Below, piece after piece: positions 8,427-15,870 of a DNA stretch of 32,000 bases. The stretch's first letter is position 1; each line of letters opens with the position of its first letter. The stretch covers positions 1,362,665 to 1,394,664 of the forward strand of contig NZ_CP006867.1 in assembly GCF_001481685.1 (NCBI RefSeq), given 5' to 3'. Source of the DNA: Ignicoccus islandicus DSM 13165. Lineage in GTDB: Archaea > Thermoproteota > Thermoprotei_A > Sulfolobales > Ignicoccaceae. The translations under genes and the position numbers were made by a program. Below the pieces are notes generated by a model. It searched no databases. It saw only the letters and a list, made by a program, of their open reading frames with translations, and was not told the origin of the DNA.

Positions 8427-10229
8427 ATGAGCGAGAAGAGACTAAGGCAACCTATAGTCGCCGTCTTGGGACACGTCGACCACGGCAAGACTACTCTCTT
8501 AGACCGCATTCGAGGTACCACAGTTGCTATGAAAGAACCAGGCAAAATAACTCAGCACGTAGGCGCCAGTCTAGTACCTACGGAAGTTATTGAAAAAGTC
8601 ACGGAACCCCTTAAGAAACTAATACCAACCGTAAAATTAGAACTACCTGGCCTCTTGTTTATCGACACTCCGGGTCACAGTATATTTAGTAACTTAAGGA
8701 AGAGAGGAGGAGCAGTAGCAGATTTAGCAATACTCGTGGTCGACGTGATGGAGGGCTTCCAACCACAAACGATTGAAGCAGTAGAGATATTAAAGCAAAG
8801 AAAAGTCCCGTTCATTGTTGCAGCTAATAAAATAGATAAGATACCTGGTTGGAAGAGTATTGAAAACGTGCCTTTCCTAGTAAGCGTGAGGCATCAGGAT
8901 AAATCCGTTGTTGAATATCTAGATAATAGGATATATGAGATAATGGGAAGTTTGGCTGAATTAGGTTTCGATAGCGATAGATTCGATAGAGTTAAGGATT
9001 ACACTAGGCAATTAGCCATAGTTCCAGTATCTGCTAAGACAGGCGAAGGTATACCGGAACTTCTAGCGCTTCTCGCGGGTCTAGCACAGAGGTATATGAA
9101 GGGACGTCTAAAGTACGTTGAAGGACCAGCTAAAGGCGTAGTAATGGAAGTAAAGGAGGAGCCCGGTTACGGAACAACTCTAGATACAATAATTTACGAT
9201 GGGATAATACGTCAAGGTGACGTTATTGTAGTTGGGAGCTTAGAAGGGCCAATTGTAACTAAGGTCAGAGCTCTGTTATTACCTGAACCTCTACAAGAGA
9301 TTAGAGCAACTAAGAAATTTAGAGTTGTGGACGAGGTTTCAGCAGCTGCAGGAGTTAAAATAGTGGCGCCAAACTTGGAGAATGCAGTAGCTGGTGCGCC
9401 GGTATTTGTAGTTTCTGACGAGAGTCAATTAGAGAAGGTTAAGGAGGAGGTTATGAAAGAAATAGAAGATGTCCTTATCGAAACCGATAAGGAAGGCGTT
9501 GTTGTGAAAGCAGACACGTTAGGGACCCTTGAAGCCCTAGTCCAATTCTTGAAGTCTAAGGACATACCCGTGAGAATGGCGAAAGTGGGTCCAGTTACTA
9601 AAAGGGATGTGATGGAAGCAATGGTTTCGAAAAGAATGAATAAAGAGTATGGTGTTATATTAGCATTTAATGTGAAAGTATTGCCCGAAGCGAAAGAACT
9701 TGCAGAGAAAGAAGATATTAAGATCTTCGTACATGATGTAATCTATAAGTTAATAGAAGACTTCGAGAATTGGGTCAAAGAACTACGAGAACAAGAAAAG
9801 AGAAAGGAGTTGGAGCAATTAGTTCGACCAGGAAAATTGAGGATCCTACCTGGGTTTGTGTTCAGAAGGAGCGATCCCGTCATTGTTGGTATTGAAGTCT
9901 TAGGAGGAACTCTAATGCCGGGTTATCCTCTAATGAAGGAAAGCGGTGAAAAGGTGGGTAAGATTCTACAAATACAAGATAAAGGCAAATCAGTGAAAGA
10001 GGTAAAAGCAGGTCAACAAGTAGCCATCTCTATTAAAGGACGAGTTATGGTTGGCAGGCACTTATTCGAAGGCGATGTTTTGTATACAGATGTACCTTCG
10101 TCCCATGCTAAACTATGGCTCACAAAGTATAAAAATGAGCTAAGCGAGGACGAACGCTACGTTTTAAACGAAATAATAAAGATTAAGAGAAAGACGGATC
10201 CGCTATATGGTTTAGCCGTTGGAACTTGA
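8427..10229 (+). CDS. infB: translation initiation factor aIF5B (IF-2 homolog)
   Basis: GHVDHGKTTLLD, DTPGH and NKID GTPase motifs. Length of 600 aa. A strong SD-like GGTGAGGTGA lies upstream of the ATG. Confidence 0.95.
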   Translation: MSEKRLRQPIVAVLGHVDHGKTTLLDRIRGTTVAMKEPGKITQHVGASLVPTEVIEKVTEPLKKLIPTVKLELPGLLFIDTPGHSIFSNLRKRGGAVADLAILVVDVMEGFQPQTIEAVEILKQRKVPFIVAANKIDKIPGWKSIENVPFLVSVRHQDKSVVEYLDNRIYEIMGSLAELGFDSDRFDRVKDYTRQLAIVPVSAKTGEGIPELLALLAGLAQRYMKGRLKYVEGPAKGVVMEVKEEPGYGTTLDTIIYDGIIRQGDVIVVGSLEGPIVTKVRALLLPEPLQEIRATKKFRVVDEVSAAAGVKIVAPNLENAVAGAPVFVVSDESQLEKVKEEVMKEIEDVLIETDKEGVVVKADTLGTLEALVQFLKSKDIPVRMAKVGPVTKRDVMEAMVSKRMNKEYGVILAFNVKVLPEAKELAEKEDIKIFVHDVIYKLIEDFENWVKELREQEKRKELEQLVRPGKLRILPGFVFRRSDPVIVGIEVLGGTLMPGYPLMKESGEKVGKILQIQDKGKSVKEVKAGQQVAISIKGRVMVGRHLFEGDVLYTDVPSSHAKLWLTKYKNELSEDERYVLNEIIKIKRKTDPLYGLAVGT

Positions 10230-10269
10230 ACGTCATCACATCATCTTAATAATTATTTTGGAAATCTAA

Positions 10270-10334
10270 CGGGATGACGAATAAGGGAGTCAGGCGAAGT
10301 AGATGTGATGTGCATAAACGGAACTTCTGACCGC
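10270..10334 (+). ncRNA. weak candidate C/D-box sRNA
   Basis: C-like ATGACGA at 10274-10280, C'-like GTGATGT at 10305-10311 and D box CTGA at 10327-10330. The D' box is not recognisable and the D guide is longer (14-15 nt) than the canonical 12. Confidence 0.3.
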
Positions 10335-10397
10335 GATGAAGAAGCTAGAAAGGGGAGAAGGTTAGTATTGGGATGATCGGTGGTCGGGCGCTGAGCA
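10332..10397 (+). ncRNA. candidate C/D-box sRNA, paralogous in layout to the element at 8303-8358
   Basis: CGCG-ATGAAGA (C-like) at 10336-10342 and a 12-nt guide AGCTAGAAAGGG. D'-like GAGA at 10355-10358 and C' ATGATCG at 10373-10379. An 11-nt guide GTGGTCGGGCG and D box CTGA at 10391-10394, followed by GC. It shares the CGCGATGA 5' end, the ATGATCG C' box and the CTGAGC 3' end with the 8303 element. The D'-C' spacer is unusually long (14 nt). Confidence 0.4.
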
Positions 10398-10404
10398 AAT
10401 CTGT

Positions 10405-11424
10405 TCAGAAGGTGGGGGTTCCTCCAGAAGCTTCTACTATTCTCCTTACCTTTTCGATTACGTCCACGGAATCTACGAATTCCTTAATGCTACTGGCAGC
10501 GTCTTTAATATCTATACCACTCACAACGTGAAGCGCCAATGAAGCATTTACCAATAAGAACGTAAATTCGGGTTCATTTCCGCTGAGGGCCCTCAGTACC
10601 TTTTCCTTGGACTCCTCCACACTCTTAACCCTTAACGGATCCAAGGATTCCAAAGGCCTAATGCCGAAATCCTTCACATCAATAACGGTCTTTGTAATAT
10701 CGCCCTTGTTAACGAGAACAACCTCAGTTGACGCAATTGGCGAAACCTCATCTATACCAGGGAAACCATGAATGACTGCTGCTCTTTCAACGTTAAATTG
10801 AGTAAGGGCTTCTGAAATTGGTTGCAACATCCACTCTTCTGCTACTCCAACTACTTGATATCCAGGCGAGGCTGGATTCGAGAGAGGACCAATTAGATTA
10901 AATATGGTTCTTATACCAAGTTTCTTTCTAACTGGCATCACGTTCTTCATTGCTGGATGATATAGAGGAGCGAAAATGAATGCGAAATTGCTACTATTTA
11001 ATGCTATCTTAACTTCCTCTGGTGTGAGATTTATTTTATAACCTAGGCTCTCCAACAAATCGGCACTACCACTGGTTCCGGAAATACTTCTATTGCCATG
11101 TTTTACAACTTTGTAACCCATAGCGGCTAGAAGAAGGGCAGTTGCCGTACTAACATTATATAAAGATGCATTGTCGCCACCAGTACCGGCTGTGTCTAAT
11201 GCCTCCGGGAATGGACCCACTTTAACCGCCAGATCTCTCAGTGCTTTAGCAAAGCCTGCTATCTCGGTATATTTTTCTCCCTTACATCTTAATGCAACCA
11301 ATATCGCCGACTTCAATATATCGTCTATCTCGTTCTTAGTGATTTTCATTGCTATTTCATACGCTTCCTCGAGAGGGAGATTGTTACCTTTCAAGAGAGT
11401 CTCTAGAACTTCTTTAAATTCCAT
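10405..11424 (-). CDS. trpD: anthranilate phosphoribosyltransferase (not linked to other trp genes in this window)
   Basis: LDTAGTGGDNASLYNVSTATALLLAAMGYKVVKHGNRSISGTSGSADLLESLG matches the TrpD core (GTGGD, KHGN, SGSADLLE). ATG start. Confidence 0.9.
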   Translation of the reverse strand: MEFKEVLETLLKGNNLPLEEAYEIAMKITKNEIDDILKSAILVALRCKGEKYTEIAGFAKALRDLAVKVGPFPEALDTAGTGGDNASLYNVSTATALLLAAMGYKVVKHGNRSISGTSGSADLLESLGYKINLTPEEVKIALNSSNFAFIFAPLYHPAMKNVMPVRKKLGIRTIFNLIGPLSNPASPGYQVVGVAEEWMLQPISEALTQFNVERAAVIHGFPGIDEVSPIASTEVVLVNKGDITKTVIDVKDFGIRPLESLDPLRVKSVEESKEKVLRALSGNEPEFTFLLVNASLALHVVSGIDIKDAASSIKEFVDSVDVIEKVRRIVEASGGTPTF

Positions 11425-11604
11425 AAGTAAGACCCTAGGTTGTGGGATAGATTAGCATTTAAAAAATAACTTATGGGTTTATCAAGCCTTGGGTTTACAA
11501 ACAACCGGTGCATTTGGGCCTTGGTCTTCACAGACAAGGACTACTTCGCTGGCTTCTTGAGTGGCGCTCATGGCTATCTCCAGAGAGGGTAGATTTAGGA
11601 GCCA

Positions 11605-12390
11605 CTATTTAAGTAATGCGTTGAGAAACTCAATTTGTTCATAGAACTTAATAGGATCGAATTTGTCCGGGGTGTCTTCTAATGAACCTAGCCATTGGCT
11701 CCTTCCTCCAACGACAATCCTTCCATTTGAGAAGTCAAAGACGTTATCTGAAAGACCTAGTCCATCTACTTCGATTATCGAAGAACAATATTGCTCAAAT
11801 ATCTCCATTAAAGATCTTGCCTTAAACCAACGAGGAATGAATAGTAAAGTTCTGGACGTACTTGAGTAATAAGAGAATAATATAAGTGAAGTTAGACTAT
11901 GTCCATAACCATACCATAACGCATCATAGTACGTGAAGAGACATGTTTCATCGCCCTCTCTAATTAGAATTGGTAGTTTGGTTTCGATTAATTCAGACAC
12001 AACGTTTGCGAAAAACTCACCCTCCCTTAAACTGCGTAAAATTTTATTCTTATATTCGACAGCTACTGCTATAGCGGGATTCCACGTAAGGACGTCGACT
12101 TTTGGAACAATTTTTCCGGAAAAGTATAATATACCACCGTAGCTCTCAACAGGTTTATCTGATATTACATCTATTTTCCCGCTACTCATACCTGAGGGTA
12201 AGCACGGTATTCTATTTGGTATATACACATCACATTTCCAGTCGCTTACGATTCTAACATCAACTTTCTCCACTACAAATTCACTAAATGAATTCCAAAG
12301 ATACTGCAATCGCAACGATATATGGTCTAGAGGTCTCATACTGAATGAAACCAACTCCGTGCTCCTTTCAAAGAGCGATTTTAACATCAC
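11605..12390 (-). CDS. hypothetical protein, translationally coupled to hyuB
   Basis: 261-aa ORF whose GTG/ATG start (12390/12387) overlaps or abuts the hyuB TAG stop (TAGTGATG). I recognise no motif. Confidence 0.6.
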   Translation of the reverse strand: MMLKSLFERSTELVSFSMRPLDHISLRLQYLWNSFSEFVVEKVDVRIVSDWKCDVYIPNRIPCLPSGMSSGKIDVISDKPVESYGGILYFSGKIVPKVDVLTWNPAIAVAVEYKNKILRSLREGEFFANVVSELIETKLPILIREGDETCLFTYYDALWYGYGHSLTSLILFSYYSSTSRTLLFIPRWFKARSLMEIFEQYCSSIIEVDGLGLSDNVFDFSNGRIVVGGRSQWLGSLEDTPDKFDPIKFYEQIEFLNALLK

Positions 12391-13904
12391 TACTTATGGC
12401 CCCCAGCCCCGGGTGTTTCTAGACGAACTCTATCTCCTTTCTTTAGGTTAAGTTCGAGATATCCGTTTGTTTGTACAACTTCGCTTCCACTTCTGTAAAC
12501 AACTATCCTACCAGGACTACCGTTCGTACCACCTATGCCGTAAGAAGGGAATCGAGTTTGTGACAATAGGGTAATTACAGTTATATCATCTAGCGATTCA
12601 AACTCCCTTACTATTCCGTCTCCTCCCTTCCTTCTTCCTTTACCACCACTGTTACGTCGAATGCCATATTCTGTAAATAGTATAGGTAACTCTGATTCTA
12701 TTACTTCGATAGGTGTGTTTAATGTGTTAGTCATTCCCCACTGTACGCCGTTTTCACCATCTTCCCACTTGGTGGCTGACCCACCGCCACCATTGGTTTC
12801 GTAATATGTCCTATCTTTATAGGATATGATGAGGTTAGACATTGTCCCAGGACCTAAAGATGGTACTTCATCAGTTATTTTGGAAAACGCTAGAATAATA
12901 CTTTGCAAGATTCTCTGAGATGTTTCTAGGTTACCGGCACCAACTGCCCGTGGATAGTTAGGATTTAGTATACTACCCTTTCGAGTTTTTACATGTATCA
13001 CATCATATAGGCCTTGATTAACGTCCTTTTGTGCCCCGAAAAATGATTTAATGAAGAAAGAAGCCGCAGCATAAGATATTCCCTCTACAGCGTTAAGATT
13101 GTAATCAACTTCGTCATCACTCTCTGTAAAATCGAAGAACACCTTTTCTGTATCTATTTTTACGCTAAGACGTATATGAGCAATATCTAAGTTAGGTAGC
13201 TCCAATGGTATTTCAGAGGATCCATGGGTTCCTGCTAAAGGTATTAATGTTTGGGCATAGCTTTCCCTAGTAATCTCTATATAGCTATCTATGGCGCTTT
13301 TTATGAAATCCAGGGTCTTCTTTTCAATGAACTCTTTTAATTGCATGTAGCCCCAACGTATAGATGACAATTGGGCATTAACGTCAGCTACGAAAAGTCG
13401 AGGATTTCTAACTGACCTTGCTAAATTAGTAGCTTCTTTAGAGAGGACCCAGTTGGATGCTGCCCTAATTGGTTTTATAACTATGCCTTCTTCGTATAAG
13501 TACTTGGCGAAAGGATTTAATGAACCGGCTTTGGGCCCTCCTATGTCCACGTAATGTGCTTTCACAGCTATATAGAAATCACTATATCGCGACACCATTG
13601 TAACGTCATTTAAATGGGTTCCAGTAAGATAAGGGTCATTAGTCATAAGCACGTCTCCAGAACCTAGGCCTAAAGATTCGTATGCTTCTATGAGCTTCTT
13701 AGAGGCCCATGCCATGCTACCTAAGTGTACGGGAATGTGTTCAGCCTCTGCGACAACTCTTCCGTGAGAGTCAAATATAGCACAAGAGAAGTCTAGTCTT
13801 TCTCTTATGTTTGGAGATGAAGACGAGTTTCTTAGGACTACTCCCATTTCTTCTGATATGTAGGAAAGTGTTTTTTGTACTATACCAACTTTAAGCTCAT
13901 CCAT
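12390..13904 (-). CDS. hydantoinase B/oxoprolinase family protein (HyuB-like), with no adjacent HyuA
   Basis: The N-terminal EEMGVVLRNSSSSPNIRERLDFSCAIFDSHGRVVAEAEHIPVHLGSM...GDVLMTNDPYLTGTHLNDV is the Hydantoinase_B signature. Confidence 0.85.
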   Translation of the reverse strand: MDELKVGIVQKTLSYISEEMGVVLRNSSSSPNIRERLDFSCAIFDSHGRVVAEAEHIPVHLGSMAWASKKLIEAYESLGLGSGDVLMTNDPYLTGTHLNDVTMVSRYSDFYIAVKAHYVDIGGPKAGSLNPFAKYLYEEGIVIKPIRAASNWVLSKEATNLARSVRNPRLFVADVNAQLSSIRWGYMQLKEFIEKKTLDFIKSAIDSYIEITRESYAQTLIPLAGTHGSSEIPLELPNLDIAHIRLSVKIDTEKVFFDFTESDDEVDYNLNAVEGISYAAASFFIKSFFGAQKDVNQGLYDVIHVKTRKGSILNPNYPRAVGAGNLETSQRILQSIILAFSKITDEVPSLGPGTMSNLIISYKDRTYYETNGGGGSATKWEDGENGVQWGMTNTLNTPIEVIESELPILFTEYGIRRNSGGKGRRKGGDGIVREFESLDDITVITLLSQTRFPSYGIGGTNGSPGRIVVYRSGSEVVQTNGYLELNLKKGDRVRLETPGAGGHK

Positions 13905-13938
13905 CGTTCTTCTAACACCATAGTTCTATTAGGATTGT

Positions 13939-13980
13939 GAGGCAAAAAGTCCCCCCTCTCATTCCGAGGCTTTTTGCCTC
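13939..13980. other. perfect nested inverted repeat (11-bp outer stem, 4-bp inner stem) inside a GC-rich island
   Basis: GAGGCAAAAAG (13939-13949) pairs with CTTTTTGCCTC (13970-13980). An inner CCTC/GAGG hairpin sits inside it. It is followed by GC-rich CGTCCGGGGGTCGGCGCGCTCGAGACG. It lies 35 nt upstream of the hyuB ATG on the minus strand. Confidence 0.55.
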
Positions 13981-14087
13981 CGTCCGGGGGTCGGCGCGCT
14001 CGAGACGAAGGTTCCCGAAGATGAATAAAAGTTTTGATTCTGTTAGTAAGCTAGATGGATTCTTCCGAAGACTAAATGGGCTTCTGA

Positions 14088-14537
14088 ATGTTTACTATGT
14101 CACACTTCCAGAGTTCGATTACTTTTCCATTATTCACTCTGATTATATGGAGTTGGAGCAATGACTATCTCATACATACTTCTAAATCGGTAGTTCGAAA
14201 CAGTATAATAATATCTAGTACCAACGACTTCTTAGTACTTAATGTTACTTCGCTGGTTGTAGCATTAGATGGATATACTCTTTATCGAATAATTGCTACT
14301 GAACCACCCGTTACTGTATATAAATTGGCAAATGTGTTCAAGTTACGTGATTCTACCATAATATTCTTCCGAATAGTTGAGAATACTACTTTGATGTTCG
14401 ATAGCACACAGTTACAGTACTACAATAAGCCCAATTCAGGTCTTAATGTTATTATTGATATGAAAAACGTCATCGGCTTCATAGTTATATTAGTAGAGAT
14501 AGTTAGACGTGCAATGGCTTTAGAGTATAGAGGGTGA
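14088..14537 (+). CDS. hypothetical protein, possibly secreted or membrane-anchored (weak call)
   Basis: This is the only sizeable ORF in a 636-bp gap. It has an N-terminal hydrophobic segment FPLFTLIIWSW, NxS/T sequons (NVTS, NTT) and a C-terminal hydrophobic helix plus basic tail (VIGFIVILVEIVRR). No homology recognised. Confidence 0.3.
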   Translation: MFTMSHFQSSITFPLFTLIIWSWSNDYLIHTSKSVVRNSIIISSTNDFLVLNVTSLVVALDGYTLYRIIATEPPVTVYKLANVFKLRDSTIIFFRIVENTTLMFDSTQLQYYNKPNSGLNVIIDMKNVIGFIVILVEIVRRAMALEYRG

Positions 14538-14540
14538 GAG

Positions 14541-14861
14541 CTAGAGTAGTATATCACTCAATTTTATAAGAGATTCATTGCATATTTTCATCTTACAGAA
14601 CCTAACGCCTTCCAACTCCAGTAACCTCTTTTTGAACTCTCTTCCGAGTTTGTAACCACCTACGTCTAAGTCTTTTGGAACAACTCTATGACATGGCACT
14701 ACTATCAGTTTTTCATTGGATGCTAACATTTTCGCGATCGCTCTAGGATGTGTATTCAAAATATTGGCTAGGTCTGAATACGTTACGACTTTACCTATGG
14801 GTACTAAATTGAGGATTACTTCTAGTAACTCCCGTTTCGTAGTTTTATCTAAGGTTCCCAC
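14541..14861 (-). CDS. short MGMT/Ogt-family protein (C-terminal alkyltransferase domain only, active-site Cys present)
   Basis: The PCHRVV active-site motif, preceded by the helix-turn-helix region VVTYSDLANIL. It is only 106 aa, so the N-terminal Ogt domain is absent. GTG start. Confidence 0.8.
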   Translation of the reverse strand: MGTLDKTTKRELLEVILNLVPIGKVVTYSDLANILNTHPRAIAKMLASNEKLIVVPCHRVVPKDLDVGGYKLGREFKKRLLELEGVRFCKMKICNESLIKLSDILL

Positions 14862-14885
14862 CTCTGATTAGACGGTGGTTAAGAA

Positions 14886-15086
14886 ATGGTTATGTATTGG
14901 TATCGTTGTATTAGCGGAATTTACGATCCTGTAACTAGGTGCAATCTACTAGATACAGACGTCTCAGCCCACTTCTGTCTAATATGTCCTTTACGAGGTA
15001 AGGAGTGTAAGGATCCAGTGTGGTTTAATGATATGAAAGAAGATTCATTGAAGAAATTATTTGACAAGCTAAGCTCGGTGGAGTAA
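14886..15086 (+). CDS. small Cys-rich hypothetical protein (possible zinc-binding)
   Basis: 66 aa with Cys at CISG...TRC...FCLICPLRGKEC. SD-like GGTGG lies 7 nt upstream of the ATG. It ends 4 nt before the next ORF. Confidence 0.45.
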   Translation: MVMYWYRCISGIYDPVTRCNLLDTDVSAHFCLICPLRGKECKDPVWFNDMKEDSLKKLFDKLSSVE

Positions 15087-15090
15087 AAAG

Positions 15091-15870
15091 ATGATATTTA
15101 TTTATCTCGATGAGCTCAGTAAGGAGATAGCTCGATTATGTTCCTTAATATACAGTGAGCTATCTCACAAGCTCTCTATAGTTTTCGATCCGATATCCTT
15201 CGTTAACTACTTCATGATTTATATCGAACCTACTGTTTTGAGCGATATTGTCGTGATCGGGGTCATGCCAAAATTCGATGTTAACGTAGCAGTGAGATTG
15301 GCAAACTCCTTTAGAGCCTTTTCCCTAGAGCCTAAGAACCTAATTATTAATGCCGAATCGTACGTAGAGGTTATAAATCTCAAGACCCCAGGAACGGATT
15401 TCTTTAGAAACTCGAAGGTTGTGTCTGCTCATAACTACGTTCAGTTAACTTATAAGACTTTGGAAACGTGCTTCAAATACGTACTGGAAGACATTAAACC
15501 TTCACCGCGATTAGAGCTTTTTCAAGAGGATTTAGAGAGCGTCCGAACTCTTCAACGTTCGGATCAAGTTCCAGAAAGTCATTTAAACTCTTTGTTAAAG
15601 ATAGTTGAAAGCTCCAATCCAATTCTCACTACACCTTCTGTAAATCTGTTCGCTAAAGTACTTAGTTTTGAAACGAAAAGGGAAGTAAAAGAATACATAG
15701 AATTTAGCAAGGAAAAAATATTCGAATATGATATTTTAACTACTACCTCAGAAGAACATTGGATAAAACATCTCTCACGATATGCCCACATTTATGTTTC
15801 ACTTAACGTCGATCCACTCATTGCATCGTATTACCTCTTGAAGATATACGAAATTCTAAAACAAATCTAA
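15091..15870 (+). CDS. hypothetical protein
   Basis: 259-aa ORF with an ATG start, probably co-transcribed with 14886-15086. No recognisable motif. The 3' end overlaps convergent gatD by 15 nt. Confidence 0.55.
   Translation: MIFIYLDELSKEIARLCSLIYSELSHKLSIVFDPISFVNYFMIYIEPTVLSDIVVIGVMPKFDVNVAVRLANSFRAFSLEPKNLIINAESYVEVINLKTPGTDFFRNSKVVSAHNYVQLTYKTLETCFKYVLEDIKPSPRLELFQEDLESVRTLQRSDQVPESHLNSLLKIVESSNPILTTPSVNLFAKVLSFETKREVKEYIEFSKEKIFEYDILTTTSEEHWIKHLSRYAHIYVSLNVDPLIASYYLLKIYEILKQI

Noticed and set aside
10231-10245. Minus-strand C-box-like GATGATGTGATGA at the 3' end of infB, considered as a separate antisense C/D sRNA.
   Set aside because: No D box (CTGA on the minus strand, which is TCAG on the plus strand) occurs within the next ~90 nt inside infB. 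It is more likely a pairing partner of the plus-strand elements, or coincidence.
11482-11571. A 29-aa minus-strand ORF (MSATQEASEVVLVCEDQGPNAPVVCKPKA) with GGAG upstream, in the relatively GC-rich spacer upstream of trpD. I considered it as a trp leader peptide.
   Set aside because: It contains no Trp codons. I see no terminator/antiterminator alternative pairing, and attenuation of this type is not established in archaea. It is probably a chance ORF. It could still be a micro-protein, but I cannot support that from the sequence.
13939-13983. Reading the hairpin plus the downstream ACA (minus strand) as a canonical H/ACA guide RNA.
   Set aside because: The stem is continuous on the 5' side, with only a 5-nt bulge on the 3' side. 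There is therefore no two-sided pseudouridylation pocket. I kept it only as a generic structured-RNA candidate.
13937-14164. A 75-aa plus-strand ORF that starts with GTG inside the GC-rich hairpin.
   Set aside because: It has an Arg/Ser-rich low-complexity N-terminus produced by the GC-rich structured element. It has no SD, and it overlaps the next ORF in another frame. It is most likely not coding.
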